A stretch of 41,769 nt of DNA, taken from the sequence record DRR723986_7890. One strand, written 5' to 3'. The notes beneath the pieces were generated by a model, which saw nothing but the letters and a program-made list of their open reading frames with translations, ran no database searches and was not told the DNA's origin. Of the stretch, positions 39,408 to 41,769 are shown in pieces (within the stretch, counting starts at the first letter, position 1; each line of letters begins with the position of its first letter). Both the position numbers and the translations under genes were made by a program.

Positions 39408-40118
39408 ATGGATCCAGTGCGAAAGCTATTCTTTATTTTGGCGATGCTAACTGTCGCTATCGCATCCGCGTCGCGGCCCTGTCAGGCGCAAGTGGGTGAT
39501 TATGTGTCGATTCACTCCGGTTGGGCTCTGCTGGATCAGTACAACGGCATGCAAGAACAACCACCTGCGCCACCGCCACCACCACCGCCGATTGCACGTA
39601 CGGGTACTTTTAAAGACGGTTTCAACCTTGGTGGAGCGATCGGATGGTACTGCAGTGAAGACTGGCGTGCAGAGCTAGAATTCACCTATCGAAACAACCG
39701 TGGTGACTGGTGGAGCGCCGGACCAGTTGGCTCTTCGCCGACAACCCAGGACTGGAACGGCAAGATCAACAACTACGCCGGGATGGTCAACCTGTATCGC
39801 GAGCTTGGTGCGTTCAGCCTGTGCGAATACATCACGCCCTACGTTGGAGGCGGCTTGGGGGTTGCTGTCCAGGACGGCCAGCTTTCGACGGCCACAACGA
39901 ACTACCGCTTCGACGAGGCCGCCTTCGCATTTCAGGGAATGGTCGGAGTCGACGCACAACTCTGCGAGAGGCTAACGTTCTTCTCGGAGTATCGCTTCTT
40001 TGGCAACACGGAAACGTCGCTTGAGAACGCCGACATTGCGCCGCCAATGGAGGAAGAAATTGGACGGTTCAACTACTCCGCCAATAACGTACTCTTTGGA
40101 CTCCGCGTTAGCTATTAA
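39408..40118 (+). CDS. Outer-membrane beta-barrel protein (8-stranded OmpA/opacity-like)
   Basis: Signal peptide; WRAELEFTYR, TPYVGGGLG, FAFQGMVGV, C-terminal LFGLRVSY; GGGAGG RBS. Confidence 0.88.
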   Translation: MDPVRKLFFILAMLTVAIASASRPCQAQVGDYVSIHSGWALLDQYNGMQEQPPAPPPPPPPIARTGTFKDGFNLGGAIGWYCSEDWRAELEFTYRNNRGDWWSAGPVGSSPTTQDWNGKINNYAGMVNLYRELGAFSLCEYITPYVGGGLGVAVQDGQLSTATTNYRFDEAAFAFQGMVGVDAQLCERLTFFSEYRFFGNTETSLENADIAPPMEEEIGRFNYSANNVLFGLRVSY

Positions 40119-40148
40119 GCGACGACGCTGCGTGAGCAACCCGAGTGC

Positions 40149-41345
40149 TTAGCCAACTCGACAAATGAAGCACTTCAGATATTCACTCTCGGGACAATTG
40201 ACATCGATCGGATGATCAAAATCCGCTCCATGCGTCTCGAGAATCTGAATGCTTCGACGACTGCGTTTGGCCACAGACGCCAGCATGCCGGAGAAGTCAG
40301 ACCGTGTTACTCGGCCCGAACAACTGCATGTGATCAGTGTGCCTCCGGGAGGCAGCAAGTTGACGGCGGATAGATTCAATCGATGGTACGCCCGCAACGC
40401 AGCAGTAATCTGGTGCCGATTGCCAGCCATCCGTGGTGGATCCAAGACGATCGAATCGAACTTGGCTTTCTCGCTCGACAGCTTCTCTAGATAGTCAAAA
40501 CAATCCGCTTTGACGAATTCGATTTGCTCAAACCCATTCGCCTGAGCATTTCGCTGCGCGGCCTCTAGGGCTGGCTTACTCGAGTCGACCGCAACGATCT
40601 TGTCAGGACGGCCATGTTGGCAAGCGGCGAGCGAAAAACCACCCGAGTAAGTACAAACATCAAGCAGGCTACCACCCTGGATCCACTTTGCCGCGTGGAG
40701 TCGATTCAGGCGCTGGTCAAGGTAGTACCCCGTCTTCTGTCCACTGTTAGGATCGATAACCAGCTTCACATCATTTTCGGTTACCACAACTGGTCCATCA
40801 GGAGCCGACCCGCGGACGTAGTCCGATGTGATGTCGAGCCCTTCGTTGGCGGCGGTCTTTTCATCGATCCGCACCTGAATACCCTTGGGCGACCGATTCT
40901 TTTCCAACCAATCCAGGATCGGCTCAAGCCACCGATTCACGGCGTAAGAGGTCACTTGCACAACCAGATACTCACCAAACTGATCGACGATCAGCCCACT
41001 GAGTCCATCCCCTTCGCTATTTACTAGCCGCAGACAATCCAGATTGCCCATCGCACTCATGCGACGTTCGCGCATGGAGACGGCATCGCTCAACTTGCCA
41101 AGCACCCAGGCCTCGTCAAGTTCGGCCTTCTGGTCCCACTGAAAGAGTCGAACGCGGATTCGACTTGCTGGATTGTAGATTCCTCGGCCGATCCAACCTC
41201 CGCCTGGCAACATCAGTTCTACGACTGTGCCTGGCTCGAGCGGAGCCACAGGCTCCACAACCGAATGATTCAGGACCCAAGGATGATGCCCCGAAAAGAA
41301 CTTGGCTTTTTTGGGATTGAGAAAGAGCTGTGCAGTGTCTGGCAT
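40149..41345 (-). CDS. rlmI: RlmI-like 23S rRNA m5C SAM-dependent methyltransferase
   Basis: PUA-like GHHPWV, SEGDGLSGLIVD, GQKTGYYLDQR, LDVCTYSGGF, LDPP, TCSCS, PESEYLK. Confidence 0.88.
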   Translation of the reverse strand: MPDTAQLFLNPKKAKFFSGHHPWVLNHSVVEPVAPLEPGTVVELMLPGGGWIGRGIYNPASRIRVRLFQWDQKAELDEAWVLGKLSDAVSMRERRMSAMGNLDCLRLVNSEGDGLSGLIVDQFGEYLVVQVTSYAVNRWLEPILDWLEKNRSPKGIQVRIDEKTAANEGLDITSDYVRGSAPDGPVVVTENDVKLVIDPNSGQKTGYYLDQRLNRLHAAKWIQGGSLLDVCTYSGGFSLAACQHGRPDKIVAVDSSKPALEAAQRNAQANGFEQIEFVKADCFDYLEKLSSEKAKFDSIVLDPPRMAGNRHQITAALRAYHRLNLSAVNLLPPGGTLITCSCSGRVTRSDFSGMLASVAKRSRRSIQILETHGADFDHPIDVNCPESEYLKCFICRVG

Positions 41346-41467
41346 TTGAACGACAAAGAAGAAGAGGTCGATGCCTCCGCAGCAAGCGACAAGGCGTCAG
41401 CCATCTCCCCAAGGACGGGGAAATGGCTCTAGAGACCATAGCCTAGTCACTCCGCGCCGATTCGTCG

Positions 41468-41769
41468 ACATTGCACCCAAGAACATTGCACCCAAGAAGT
41501 AAGGAGCAAGTCGCGACATCAGTTTGCAAATCCCATTAGCCAGCAACAGGACGCAGTCATGTCTACTGGGACGCAGTCTTGTCAACCAAGGATCCCGGTC
41601 AGGCCACGAGCAGCCCAGTCCGGCCAAACAGGAACACAGGGAACTGACAACGCTGTCTTTTCGCTAGCTGGCACCGCAGCCCTCTGGAAGGCAACGCTGT
41701 CCTTGGTGTCGAGGCGATGTCCTTCTCCTGGCTACGCGCTCCTCCGGCTACACTTTCCTCCGGCTACAC
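41468..41769. repeat. Cluster of short tandem/direct repeats
   Basis: ACATTGCACCCAAGA x2 (41468-41497); GGACGCAGTC x2; CAACGCTGTC x2 (41648, 41692); TCCTCCGGCTACAC x2 (41740, 41756) plus a degenerate copy at about 41723. Confidence 0.75.

Overview
A chromosomal window from a Planctomycete, most likely Pirellulaceae. The assignment is inferred from gene style: an ECF sigma/Ser-Thr kinase pair, nusA-infB-rbfA with no rimP, futalosine-pathway mqnB/mqnD, and a Cys-rich secreted protein. About 30 CDSs are present: a non-canonical FabF-like ketosynthase, nusA-infB-rbfA-(HhH protein with histone-H1-like tail)-yebC, leuA, a LuxR regulator, ECF sigma plus kinase, aldose epimerase, TauE, beta-CASP nuclease, mqnB/mqnD, a 1.1-kaa orphan, DUF427, GT4, flgM, fur, a transglutaminase-like lipoprotein, Nudix, PduO, glnB-glnD, an OM beta-barrel and rlmI. 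I found no tRNA, rRNA, CRISPR array, transposase or prophage. The most interesting signals are non-coding and do not appear as such in the ORF track. (1) A complete Leu-sensing transcription attenuator lies upstream of leuA, with promoter, 20-aa 7-Leu leader peptide, protector, antiterminator and terminator. (2) A roughly 140-nt multibranch, pseudoknot-capable RNA in the flgM leader sequesters the Shine-Dalgarno sequence and resembles a riboswitch. (3) A roughly 190-nt closed multibranch leader RNA with an internal direct repeat lies between a near-consensus sigma70 promoter and nusA. Several proteins carry catalytic-residue substitutions, for example KS Cys->Glu/His->Asn and transglutaminase Cys->Val. 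All calls come from reading the sequence by eye; no searches or folding programs were run.
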